This document shows positions 17,251 through 26,045 of a stretch of DNA of 38,126 bases, piece by piece. Made by a program: the position numbers and the translations under genes. The notes beneath the pieces were generated by a model. The model was not told the DNA's origin. It did not search any database and saw only the letters and a program-made list of their open reading frames with translations. The stretch comes from Fidelibacterota bacterium. GTDB taxonomy: Bacteria > Fidelibacterota > Marinisomatia > Marinisomatales > TCS56. Positions within the stretch are counted from its first letter, which is position 1; the number at the start of each line of letters is the position of its first letter. The stretch spans positions 1-38,126 of the forward strand of contig JBDRBK010000211.1 in the NCBI GenBank assembly GCA_043822705.1, read 5' to 3'.

Positions 17251-17856
17251 ATGACCTTGCTTAATTGGTTTCAATTAATCGTTTTGATACTGTTTTATAC
17301 GATTTTTCTTGGCCGGACGGTGCTACTTTATCGCCGGGGCGAGCGGGTGTTGGTATTGGGACGGGGAAAAACCGGCTTGGCCGGGATGCGGGAGTTGGTT
17401 TTTATACCGGGCCTGGCACTTTGGTCGCTGGCGGTCTTGACCCGTTCGCTGGGCAGATCGGGGACTGGTGTCGCTGACTGGCTGGCTGCCGATTTGCATT
17501 GTAATTATCTAATTCAGATAATCGGCGTCGGATTGATTACCGGCGGGTTAGGCATATTTATTCTGGCGCTGATTGCCTTTCGAAATTCCTGGCGGATCGG
17601 CATTGACCGGGAAGCCCCCGGAGTGCTGGTGACGGACGGCATCTTTGCCGTTTGCCGGAACCCGGTCTTTCTGTTCATGGATTTGTATTTCATCGGCACC
17701 TGGCTGATTTACCCCAACTGGTTCTTTCTGGCCTGTGCGATTGTCTTTACCCTGGGTATTCACTGGCAGATTCGCGATGAGGAGTGGTTCCTGTCGGACC
17801 ATTACGGTGCTGAATACCGACGATATCTGGAAACAACTCCCCGCTACCTGTTCTGA
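17251..17856 (+). CDS. Isoprenylcysteine carboxylmethyltransferase/PEMT family membrane protein
   Basis: SWRIGID....LVTDGIFA.CRNP.F, EE.FL...YG.EY..Y...TPRY. Confidence 0.88.
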   Translation: MTLLNWFQLIVLILFYTIFLGRTVLLYRRGERVLVLGRGKTGLAGMRELVFIPGLALWSLAVLTRSLGRSGTGVADWLAADLHCNYLIQIIGVGLITGGLGIFILALIAFRNSWRIGIDREAPGVLVTDGIFAVCRNPVFLFMDLYFIGTWLIYPNWFFLACAIVFTLGIHWQIRDEEWFLSDHYGAEYRRYLETTPRYLF

Positions 17857-17905
17857 AACACACAGATTTACCCACGTTGATCAACGATGAAAGAAGAGTA
17901 ATTAA

Positions 17906-18886
17906 ATGAAAATACTAACTATTGGCGTCGGTGTAATCGGTACTACCTATTCCTGGCAATTACAGAATGCCGGATACGACCTGACTCACTATGTAAGAGG
18001 GGATAAGATTGGTGAGTATCGAAAAAATGGAATAACAATCCGCTGCCTTGATTTAAGAATATCCGGTGGCATAGAATATGAGGAAGTCTACCGTCCCGGC
18101 TTTGTCGACGATTTTTCGGCTGCTGACAACTACGATTATATTTTAGTCTCGGTAAACAGCAACCAGTTAGTTGACCTGCTGCCGGAGTTAAGCCGGAAGT
18201 CCGGAAAGGCCACAATAGTATTCCTGCAAAACCTTAGAATCGGTGACGATGAAATCATCGATCAATATCTGGACCGGGCGCAGTATTTCATTGCTTATCC
18301 ATTTAAAGTTGGTGGCGGTCGCCGGGGGAACACCATCGAAATGGTGATATTTGGATTTATACTTTCAAATACTGTCATTGGGGAGAAGGACGGGCGAACA
18401 ACGGCAAGAGTCAAGACCTTCAGTAACATGCTCAAGAAAGCCAATATGAACCCCAAAATCATACCCGATATCATCGCGTATGTCAGGACGCACTATGTTT
18501 GGGCGGCCGGTTGCGTGGCTACCTATATAAAAGCCGGTACTTACGAGCGCTTCAAAACGGACGACGCAATCAGAGAATCGTACCTGGCCATGAGAGAGGG
18601 TTGGGAAATCTGCATAAAGCAGGGCATCAATCCGCGGAGAGTAGCCCCAACGAAATACTATTATCTGCCGTTCTTTCTGCTGGTGCCTTTTACCAGATGG
18701 TTGTACAACAAAAAAGGAATGCGCGAAATGCTGGAAGGGCATGTCAAACATTCGCCTGACGAAATGAAGGATATGTACTTTACGGTATTGTCGCTGGCCA
18801 GGCAGTATGATATTGCCATGCCTGTTTATGAAGGGTATCAAAAACATGTTGAAGAGTGTTTTGAAAAACAGTGCCGACCGAAGTGA
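17906..18886 (+). CDS. Ketopantoate reductase (PanE/ApbA)-like oxidoreductase
   Basis: N-terminal Rossmann motif KILTIGVGVIG, YDYILVSV, IVFLQN; divergent C-terminal domain. Confidence 0.75.
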   Translation: MKILTIGVGVIGTTYSWQLQNAGYDLTHYVRGDKIGEYRKNGITIRCLDLRISGGIEYEEVYRPGFVDDFSAADNYDYILVSVNSNQLVDLLPELSRKSGKATIVFLQNLRIGDDEIIDQYLDRAQYFIAYPFKVGGGRRGNTIEMVIFGFILSNTVIGEKDGRTTARVKTFSNMLKKANMNPKIIPDIIAYVRTHYVWAAGCVATYIKAGTYERFKTDDAIRESYLAMREGWEICIKQGINPRRVAPTKYYYLPFFLLVPFTRWLYNKKGMREMLEGHVKHSPDEMKDMYFTVLSLARQYDIAMPVYEGYQKHVEECFEKQCRPK

Positions 18887-18900
18887 CAGTTATTTTTCAC

Positions 18901-18940
18901 CACCGGAAATCACCCCTTCGGGTGATTCCTTTACCCGGTG
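18901..18940. promoter_or_regulatory. Palindrome, candidate operator for the MalT-like regulator
   Basis: Core AATCACCC-cttc-GGGTGATT (18908-18927) inside CACCGG...CCGGTG. It could instead be a terminator. Confidence 0.5.
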
Positions 18941-18964
18941 GATAAGGGTAAAATCGGACAGGTT

Positions 18965-19222
18965 ATGAATAGCAGACAACACCTCCGGAAACAGAATCTA
19001 CCCGAGCCCCGGCAGTATCGAATTGAAGTGGAAGGGCTGGTCGGGAAAAAATGGCAGGACTGGTTTGATGGATTCCAAATATCCTACAACGGCGTTAATA
19101 CGATCATTGCCGGTAATGTCAAAGACCAGCCCGAGCTTCATGGAATACTGACCAGAATCCGTGATCTGAACCTGACCCTGGTGGCTGTGCAGCGCCAAGG
19201 TCCAGCAAATGTGGAGAAATAA
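18965..19222 (+). CDS. Small conserved hypothetical protein (ferredoxin/ACT-like pattern), of the type seen next to MalT-like regulators
   Basis: YRIEVEG.....WQDWFDG......TII.G.V.DQ.ELHGIL.RIRDL.L.LV.V pattern. Start is ATG 18965 or GTG 18938. Confidence 0.75.
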   Translation: MNSRQHLRKQNLPEPRQYRIEVEGLVGKKWQDWFDGFQISYNGVNTIIAGNVKDQPELHGILTRIRDLNLTLVAVQRQGPANVEK

Positions 19223-19223
19223 A

Positions 19224-19982
19224 ATGCGACGTCTTATAGCAATCAATCTGGCGTTAATAATCGCCCTGCCGCTTTTCGGACAGGAACTGACCGGACCGGA
19301 AATTATCCGCAAGGTGAATGATTTGTTCAACCCTCAAACCAGTTATGGTGTGTCCAAAATGACGATCGTCACCACCGGTGGCGATACGCGAACCCTGGTC
19401 AGCGAATCCTGGTCCAAAGGCGCCGGTGAAAAGACCCTGGTGCGCTATCTGGAACCAGCCCGGGTCAAAGGCCAGGCGGTGCTGATGCTGAACAACGCCG
19501 ATGATATCTGGGCCTATTTCCCCCGCACCGGCCGGGTTCGCAAGCTGGCTTCCCACGCCAAGAAGCAGAAAATGCAGGGTAGCGATTTCTCCTATGAAGA
19601 CATGGGCGGAGGCGATGCTTTTATCGATGAATACCTCGCCAGGCGCTTGGAGGATGAAAAAATCGACGCTCAGAACTGCTACACCGTGGAGTTAACCCGC
19701 AAGCCGGACAGTGACCAGACCTACTCACGCCTGATTCTCCGGGTAGTGAAAGAAAATTTTGTGCCAATCGCGATCGATTATTACAGTGAAAATGATCCGA
19801 CGCTCAATGAAAAGCAACTGGTTCAAAGCGATATTCGGGAGATTGACGGGTTGCCAACGGCCTTTAAGATTGTGATGTACAATAAGCTGGACAATACCAG
19901 CACCATGATGGAAATGCTGGAAGTGCAGTACAATCTGGAACTGGATGATGAAATGTTTACCGAAAGGAACCTGAAAAAATGA
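19224..19982 (+). CDS. Outer membrane lipoprotein-sorting protein (LolA-like)
   Basis: Signal peptide; YLEPARVKG..VL....DDIWAYFP..GRVRKL.......MQGSDFSYEDM; ends FTERNL. Confidence 0.88.
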   Translation: MRRLIAINLALIIALPLFGQELTGPEIIRKVNDLFNPQTSYGVSKMTIVTTGGDTRTLVSESWSKGAGEKTLVRYLEPARVKGQAVLMLNNADDIWAYFPRTGRVRKLASHAKKQKMQGSDFSYEDMGGGDAFIDEYLARRLEDEKIDAQNCYTVELTRKPDSDQTYSRLILRVVKENFVPIAIDYYSENDPTLNEKQLVQSDIREIDGLPTAFKIVMYNKLDNTSTMMEMLEVQYNLELDDEMFTERNLKK

Positions 19983-21157
19983 GATGCCTGCTAATCATCT
20001 TAACCCTGGTAGGAATGACGACACTACAGGCCGGGGATGCAGAACTGTTCGGCTATTACGAATCCCAGTATATGGGCAGTGAAATCGGTGAAACCTATTA
20101 TCAGGTTTATTCCAACAAGTTGCGGATTGACCTGTCGGGCGGGTTGTCGGAACGGATTACCTTTGCCGCCAATTTCGATTACATCACCTACAACGGGAAA
20201 ACTGTCTGGAATATCCTGGACCTGCTGGACGCAACGATTGCGGCCCAGGTTCCGGCCGGCGCCGAAGGATTCTTCGTGTTTCCGTTTCAGGATCGGAATT
20301 TCCTGGACAATGCCTACCTCAAACTGGCGTTCGATCGCTTTGATCTGACGGTTGGTAAACAGCAGCTGGCTCTGGGAACCGGTTATGCCTGGAATCCCCT
20401 GGATGTCTTCAATGTGAAGGACCTGCTGGATCCGTCCTACGAACAACCGGGGCATAATGCTGTGCGGATTGATTTCCCCATTTCCCGCTCTTTTAATCTA
20501 ACGGTGTTGGTAAGTCCTGAGGATACCTGGGATAATTCCGATAAAATGGTTGAGCTGAAAGGTCGCTTGGGCCGTTTCGATTTCAGTGTCAATGCCATCG
20601 AAAAACTGTGGTCGTACACTGATTTCATGACGCTCGATCCGGTTATCGGCTTCCCGGCGACAGCGGAGCGTCGTCGCCTGGCCGGTTTCAGCACCGCTGG
20701 CGAACTGTTGGGCCTCGGTCTCTGGGCTGAGTATGGCTACAACGACCTGTCCGTGAGCGAAGATTTCTATGAGCTGGCGGCCGGAATCGATTATACCCTG
20801 GATTGGGGCACCTATCTGATGGCTGAATATTTTTGTTATTCCGCCGGGAAAACTGCGGTGACCGATTATACGCTCAATGACTGGATGCGCGTTTACGCCA
20901 ATGAACAGAAAGCGCTGTCGCGGGACCAACTCTATCTGTTTGCCATGCATCCGCTGACCGATTTGACTGTGGCCAGCCTGTCCACGATTATCAACATTTC
21001 CGATGGCAGTACGGCGCTGGTGCCGGCCCTGGAATACAGCTTTTCCGACAATGTTGAAATCACCGCCTACGCCAGTTTCAATCTGGGTAAAGCCGGTACG
21101 GTTTTCGATAGCGACCAGGGAAAAGGTGGAATTATCCGAGTACGGGTATATTTCTGA
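19979..21157 (+). CDS. Putative outer-membrane beta-barrel protein
   Basis: Signal peptide, LTVGKQQL..GTG..WNP.D motif, amphipathic strands, C-terminal RVRVYF BAM-type signal; ATGA overlap with the upstream gene. Confidence 0.75.
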   Translation: MRCLLIILTLVGMTTLQAGDAELFGYYESQYMGSEIGETYYQVYSNKLRIDLSGGLSERITFAANFDYITYNGKTVWNILDLLDATIAAQVPAGAEGFFVFPFQDRNFLDNAYLKLAFDRFDLTVGKQQLALGTGYAWNPLDVFNVKDLLDPSYEQPGHNAVRIDFPISRSFNLTVLVSPEDTWDNSDKMVELKGRLGRFDFSVNAIEKLWSYTDFMTLDPVIGFPATAERRRLAGFSTAGELLGLGLWAEYGYNDLSVSEDFYELAAGIDYTLDWGTYLMAEYFCYSAGKTAVTDYTLNDWMRVYANEQKALSRDQLYLFAMHPLTDLTVASLSTIINISDGSTALVPALEYSFSDNVEITAYASFNLGKAGTVFDSDQGKGGIIRVRVYF

Positions 21158-21178
21158 TGCGGGTAATAAACAAATATC

Positions 21179-21229
21179 ATGTCACCCTGAGCTTGTCGAA
21201 CGATGAATTATTCCGGTTCATGGTTCGAC
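21179..21229. repeat. REP-like element (truncated doublet)
   Basis: ATGTCACCCTGAGCTTGTCGAA followed by CGATGAA...TTCATGGTTCGAC, which folds back on it. Related to the reverse complement of 26969-26996. Confidence 0.65.
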
Positions 21230-21274
21230 GACTGCCAAGAGTGAATCCAAGAATTAACCAAACTGGAGTGAAAA

Positions 21275-24118
21275 ATGCGTGACCGAATTTTAAGCAAACT
21301 GGCCCACTGGCATAGCGGGCACCCTTGGCAGATTCTGGGGATTTCCCTGCTGATTACAATTATCATGATGATCCTGGCCGGGAACCTGACGATAACCATG
21401 CGGACGTCCGATGTCCTGCCGGAAGATGACCCCAAGGTGGCCCAGTTCAATAAAATCATCGATGAATTCGCCACCGCCACCAGCATGGTGGTGGTCGTAC
21501 AGGGCGAAGAACAGGCCATTAAAGATTTTGCCGACGATCTGGCGCCGAAAATGCTGGAACTGAAGGACCGCTCGCACAACGACCGGTACCGGGCCCAGAT
21601 TGCCGACCGGGAGGCCAAAATCGAGCGACTGCTCGAAAAACCGGGACGGGGCGACCAGATTGCCGGACTGCGAAAGGAAATTCGGGAATATGAGGGCCTG
21701 ATCGATTTTCCGCTGTACCAGCGTATCGATTACAAGATATCTAAGGAATTCATCGAAGATTACGGTTTGATGCTGATCAAATCCGCCGATCTGGAAACGT
21801 CCCGGGATATGTTTGCGGATCCCAATCTGTCCGGGTTGCTGACCAACCTGAATAATTCACTGGAAGCAGAATACGTAGGGCAGGAAGAATCGATTTCCAC
21901 CCGCGAAAAGGAAGATGGGGCGGTGAACTTTCTCGACGGCATCCAGAATCTCCTGATCCACCTGCAGAAAAGCGCCGCGGGGCAACCGCTGACTGAGGCC
22001 GAAATTCAGGCCGTGGCGGATAAACTGCTGTTCGGTGAACCCTATATGTTGAGTTACGATAAGACCGCCCTGATCCTGAACGGCATACCGTCATTCACAC
22101 TCTGGGATCGCGACCTGCTGATGAGTTGCACGATCGAGACTCAGCAACTGGTGGACGAGCTGCTGCCAAATCATCCCGGCGTTCGCGTCGGGCTGGCCGG
22201 TTCGATCGCCAAGGAACACGATGAACAGGTTTACGGCACTCAAACACTGGGTAGTTCGACATTGATTGCCATGGTCGTGATCCTGGCGCTGCTGATGGTT
22301 TCCTTCCGGATGTGGCTGGCGCCGGTGCTGGCGCTGGTGAACCTGATCGTCGGCATCATCTGGGCATCGGGACTAGCCTACCTGCTGGTAGAGCAGCTAA
22401 ACATGCTGACTTCGATTTTCTCGGTGATCCTGTTCGGACTGGGTATCGATTTCTCGATCCACCTGATCAGCGGTTTCACCGAACGGCGGGCCCGGGGCGA
22501 TTCGATCGAAAACGCCCTTGATGGCACATTCAAGAAAACCGGCAAGGGTATCCTGACCGGCGGACTGACCACGGCCTTCGCTTTTCTGGCGCTGCTGGTC
22601 AGCCAGTCCCGCGGGATGAAGGAGATGGGCATTGTCATCGGTGTGGGACTGTTGTCGGTGTTGTTGGCGACCTTGGTTTTCCTGCCGACCCTGCTGGTAT
22701 TCCGCGAGCGGCGGATCGACCGTCGGCAGGTCCGCTATCCGGAAAAAGGTAAAATCAACCGGCGCGATCTGTCCTTCAAATTCATGGGTGCTGCCGCCGA
22801 GTGGGCCAGCCGCCATTATATCCTGTCGATTTCCAGCTCGCTGGTAGTCACTGCCGTGCTGGTATTTTCGGCTTTCCAGATCAAATGGGATTACGACTAT
22901 CGCAGCATGGAACCGGAAGGACTGGTCTCGATCGCTTTGATCGATACGGTCATGGAAAAATTTGATCTTTCCATGGATTACGCCCTGGTGATTACCGACG
23001 ATATCGAGGAATCGCGGATGCTGGCGGAACAGTACCGTGAAATGCCGACGGTGGCTCTGACAGACGATATTTCTCAGTTTTTGCCATCCCCGGAAGAACA
23101 GGCCCGCCGCCGGCACCAGGTGGATGATATCCGCCTGGAGATGGCCGGCGCCACTTTGCGCCGGAGTATTACAGCGGATGAACTGGAAACCATCCGCACC
23201 GAGATCGGGCGGCTGGAGATGAATATCATTGAGATGCAGGATATGGCCTTCATCGGCGGTCAAGACAAGGTGGATGTGAAATGCAAATCCATTGTTGGCG
23301 ATCCCGATCGACCCACGGCCGGTAACCTGATGGCCGGACTGCTGGCGACCCTGGAATCCGGTGACCCGGCGCTAGTCACCGGCCTGAGCCGGTTCCAGCG
23401 CAGTTTCACGCCGCATTACCAGCAGGCTGTGGTCCGTATGGCGACAACCACACCATTCGCGCTCAGCGATTTGCCGGTCTGGGTTCTGGACCGCTATGCC
23501 AATAATGACCGCGACCAGTTCCTGATCACCGTTTATCCTTCCGGCAGTATTTATGACGGCGAATTCCTGAACCGCTTTGCTGCCGATGTGGAAAAGGTGA
23601 GTGAAAAAGGCACGGGACTGGCGCCGCTGATGGTCGCCCTGCTGGATATATTCGGCCGGGACGGCCGCAACGCCATTATACTGACGATGATGATCGTACT
23701 GTTACTGCTGCTGATCGATTTCAAACGATTCAGTCTGGCGCTGATGGCCTTCGTGCCCCTGATTCTGGGCTTTTTCTGGATGCTGGGGCTGATGTACCTG
23801 ACGAAAATCCCCCTTAATATCATGACAGTGATGGGCCTGCCGCTGATCATCGGCATCGGGATCGACGATGGCGTGCACATCATCCACCGCTGGGTGGCGG
23901 AGGGCCGGGGTCAGGTGCGGACGATATTTGCCAGTACCGGCAAGGCGATCTTCCTGACCTCGCTAACCACCATGTTCGCCTTCGGGTCGATGCTGTTCTC
24001 GGTCTTCCCGGCCTACGGTCAATTCGGCGGCGCGCTCTTCCTGGGCGTGCTGGCGTGCTTTCTGACCTCGGTGGTGATCCTGCCGGGCCTGATCGGCTGG
24101 ATGGAACGGAAGAAGTAA
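21275..24118 (+). CDS. MMPL/RND family transporter (HpnN-like architecture)
   Basis: Two halves, each with a large periplasmic loop and TM bundle; GLGIDFSIH and GIGIDDGVH motifs, TGK.I...LTT..AF. Confidence 0.92.
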   Translation: MRDRILSKLAHWHSGHPWQILGISLLITIIMMILAGNLTITMRTSDVLPEDDPKVAQFNKIIDEFATATSMVVVVQGEEQAIKDFADDLAPKMLELKDRSHNDRYRAQIADREAKIERLLEKPGRGDQIAGLRKEIREYEGLIDFPLYQRIDYKISKEFIEDYGLMLIKSADLETSRDMFADPNLSGLLTNLNNSLEAEYVGQEESISTREKEDGAVNFLDGIQNLLIHLQKSAAGQPLTEAEIQAVADKLLFGEPYMLSYDKTALILNGIPSFTLWDRDLLMSCTIETQQLVDELLPNHPGVRVGLAGSIAKEHDEQVYGTQTLGSSTLIAMVVILALLMVSFRMWLAPVLALVNLIVGIIWASGLAYLLVEQLNMLTSIFSVILFGLGIDFSIHLISGFTERRARGDSIENALDGTFKKTGKGILTGGLTTAFAFLALLVSQSRGMKEMGIVIGVGLLSVLLATLVFLPTLLVFRERRIDRRQVRYPEKGKINRRDLSFKFMGAAAEWASRHYILSISSSLVVTAVLVFSAFQIKWDYDYRSMEPEGLVSIALIDTVMEKFDLSMDYALVITDDIEESRMLAEQYREMPTVALTDDISQFLPSPEEQARRRHQVDDIRLEMAGATLRRSITADELETIRTEIGRLEMNIIEMQDMAFIGGQDKVDVKCKSIVGDPDRPTAGNLMAGLLATLESGDPALVTGLSRFQRSFTPHYQQAVVRMATTTPFALSDLPVWVLDRYANNDRDQFLITVYPSGSIYDGEFLNRFAADVEKVSEKGTGLAPLMVALLDIFGRDGRNAIILTMMIVLLLLLIDFKRFSLALMAFVPLILGFFWMLGLMYLTKIPLNIMTVMGLPLIIGIGIDDGVHIIHRWVAEGRGQVRTIFASTGKAIFLTSLTTMFAFGSMLFSVFPAYGQFGGALFLGVLACFLTSVVILPGLIGWMERKK

Positions 24119-24130
24119 CAAGTTCAAAAT

Positions 24131-24167
24131 GTTGAATGCTGATTTAACCTTTAAATCAGCATTCAAC
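24131..24167. terminator. Perfect 17-bp inverted repeat between convergent genes, probable bidirectional terminator
   Basis: GTTGAATGCTGATTTAA-cct-TTAAATCAGCATTCAAC. Confidence 0.65.
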
Positions 24168-24283
24168 TAATAAATCGGCTGAGTGAGCTCAGCGTGTCTG
24201 GTGTTACTGTGCTCAAAATGAGTGTCGGTTGTAGGGGAGCGGGATCTATGTTGTTCCGGATCTTCTCCGATTTAAAGCGGCAA

Positions 24284-24715
24284 TCAAATAGTAATCAGGT
24301 TATAATCACCTTTGATGTATTCCGTCAATTCACCGCCCATGTATTTGACTTCCACGCCCAACGTCGTCAGTTTGTCAGAGACGCCGTATTGATCGGAACA
24401 GGCCTTGCAGGCCTTGGCGACAATTCCGGCCTCCAGCATTTTCTTAAAGGACTCCTGCACTTCCGGGTCTTCGGATAGCAATTTGGAAGATGGTCCCCAG
24501 ACGATCAGCGTGATATCTTTCCACCATTCAAAACGCGGCGCATTGCCGGCATACATGAACACCATTTTCAGGGCCACGTCCCGGTCGCCGCTGGTCCAGA
24601 GGATTACCAGTTTTTCATTATTGGGAATGGCGCCGGCCGGTGTTTGCGCTCCAGCGAAATTTCCCCCCAGTAAAAGGATCGTGACGGTTGATAATATTAG
24701 GGCTTTCAGTTTCAT
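24284..24715 (-). CDS. DsrE family protein with N-terminal signal peptide
   Basis: KLVILWTSGD, LIVWGPS.KL, ACKACSDQYGV..KL..LGVEVKYMG..LT; GGAGG RBS on the minus strand. Confidence 0.85.
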   Translation of the reverse strand: MKLKALILSTVTILLLGGNFAGAQTPAGAIPNNEKLVILWTSGDRDVALKMVFMYAGNAPRFEWWKDITLIVWGPSSKLLSEDPEVQESFKKMLEAGIVAKACKACSDQYGVSDKLTTLGVEVKYMGGELTEYIKGDYNLITI

Positions 24716-24807
24716 TTTGAACCTCCCGATTCAAGGTGCTGATTAAGTCGATCCCTGAGTTGTGAACTATACCTGGCAATAATTTATCACGCGAACGGAA
24801 AAGAATG

Positions 24808-24838
24808 TTGCACTAAATATTATTATTGATATAATATT
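24808..24838 (+). promoter_or_regulatory. Promoter with overlapping palindrome (candidate PadR operator)
   Basis: TTGCAC-16 bp-TATAAT with extended TG; AATATTAT-N7-ATAATATT at 24816-24838. AT-rich, so chance is possible. Confidence 0.5.
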
Positions 24839-24878
24839 GTATCCATCCAATATCGTATAATAAATAACGAGGTGATTG

Positions 24879-25427
24879 ATGAGTGAAAATCAAATCAGTA
24901 ATGCCGAGGCCGCATTGATGGGTCTGCTAGCGGAAAGTCCAAAACATCCCTACCAGATCGAAAAAGACGTGGACTACCGAGATATGCGCAGTTGGACCGA
25001 CCTGTCCATGTCGTCGATCTACAAATTGCTCAACAAGCTGGAACAGGGTGGCCTGGTTAAGTCGGCAGTAGAATTATCGGAGGGCAACCGGGCCCGGAAG
25101 ACCTTTGAACTTACCGTTGCTGGCCTTGAGGCTCTGGAGATCAAACTGCGGGAACTGTTGCGTAAACCGGTTGTTCCCAAGGATCCTTTTCACGTCGGCA
25201 TTTACAACAGCGATCTGTTGCCTGCTGATGAGGTACTGGACTGCCTGAAGCAGTATCGTGAAAACGTGGTCGAGTTGATCGATTGCTACGGTCGACTGGA
25301 ACAATTCCTGAAAGACAGCAATTGTTCGGCGGCCCGCCTGGCGGTGGCCACCCGCCCCCGTTTTCAGTGGGAGGGTGAATTGCGCTGGCTGGATGAATAT
25401 CTGCAGGAACTACAGGCGACGGATTAA
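24879..25427 (+). CDS. PadR family transcriptional regulator
   Basis: LMGLLAESPKHPYQI, SSIY..L.KLE..GLV, RKTFELT.AG; helical C-terminal domain ending EL.WL. Confidence 0.9.
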   Translation: MSENQISNAEAALMGLLAESPKHPYQIEKDVDYRDMRSWTDLSMSSIYKLLNKLEQGGLVKSAVELSEGNRARKTFELTVAGLEALEIKLRELLRKPVVPKDPFHVGIYNSDLLPADEVLDCLKQYRENVVELIDCYGRLEQFLKDSNCSAARLAVATRPRFQWEGELRWLDEYLQELQATD

Positions 25428-25493
25428 TCTGTTGCACGATTCCGTGCTGACCTGGACGAACCAGCCAGATTCAATCGATAAAATAAAAGGTAT

Positions 25494-25552
25494 TTGAATT
25501 TTTACAGCGCCATACGTACTATATTACCTATTATTAGGCAATACATTACGTA
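25494..25552 (+). promoter_or_regulatory. Promoter with tandem candidate MarR operators
   Basis: TTGAAT-17 bp-TACTAT; boxes TACGTA-N6-TACCTA (25513-25530) and TAGGCA-N6-TACGTA (25535-25552). Confidence 0.6.
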
Positions 25553-25564
25553 ATTGAGAAAGAT

Positions 25565-26029
25565 ATGAGTGATCGCTTGACAAACATGGCTTCGATTTTC
25601 GGTTCGGTTTTTCTGCTGGCCCAGCGCTGGCAGTACCTGGGCGACCAGTTTTTAGCGGCTGACGGTCTGACTACCAAACAGTGGATGCTGCTGGCGGTGC
25701 TGGAGAAGTTATTCGATGCACCACCGACAATGACGGAAGCGGCGACTGCTTTCGGCACATCCCGGCAGAATGTGAAACAGATCGCCCTGAAACTGGAGCA
25801 GCGGGGATTTCTGAAACTGGCTCCAGACCACGCCGATCGGCGCATTTTGCGGCTGGTGGTAACAGAGCAAAGCCGTCAATACTGGACCGGGCGGGTCGAT
25901 CAAGACCAGGCCTATATGTCCAGCCTGTTTCTGGAACTTGAAGATGAAGATTTGAACGATTTTGCCCGGATCATTGCCAGTTTGTGTAACCGGGTGCAGG
26001 ACTTATTAGAACCGCCCACAGATAATTAA
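25565..26029 (+). CDS. MarR family transcriptional regulator
   Basis: GLTTKQWMLL, GTSRQNVKQIALKLEQRGFL, D.ADRR.LRL..T. Confidence 0.92.
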   Translation: MSDRLTNMASIFGSVFLLAQRWQYLGDQFLAADGLTTKQWMLLAVLEKLFDAPPTMTEAATAFGTSRQNVKQIALKLEQRGFLKLAPDHADRRILRLVVTEQSRQYWTGRVDQDQAYMSSLFLELEDEDLNDFARIIASLCNRVQDLLEPPTDN

Positions 26030-26045
26030 TACCGTTCTGACGGAG

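Noticed and set aside
22397..23263. 288-aa antisense ORF and other short overlapping ORFs in the track
   Set aside because: They are opposite or out of frame within confident genes such as MMPL; typical codon-bias shadows.
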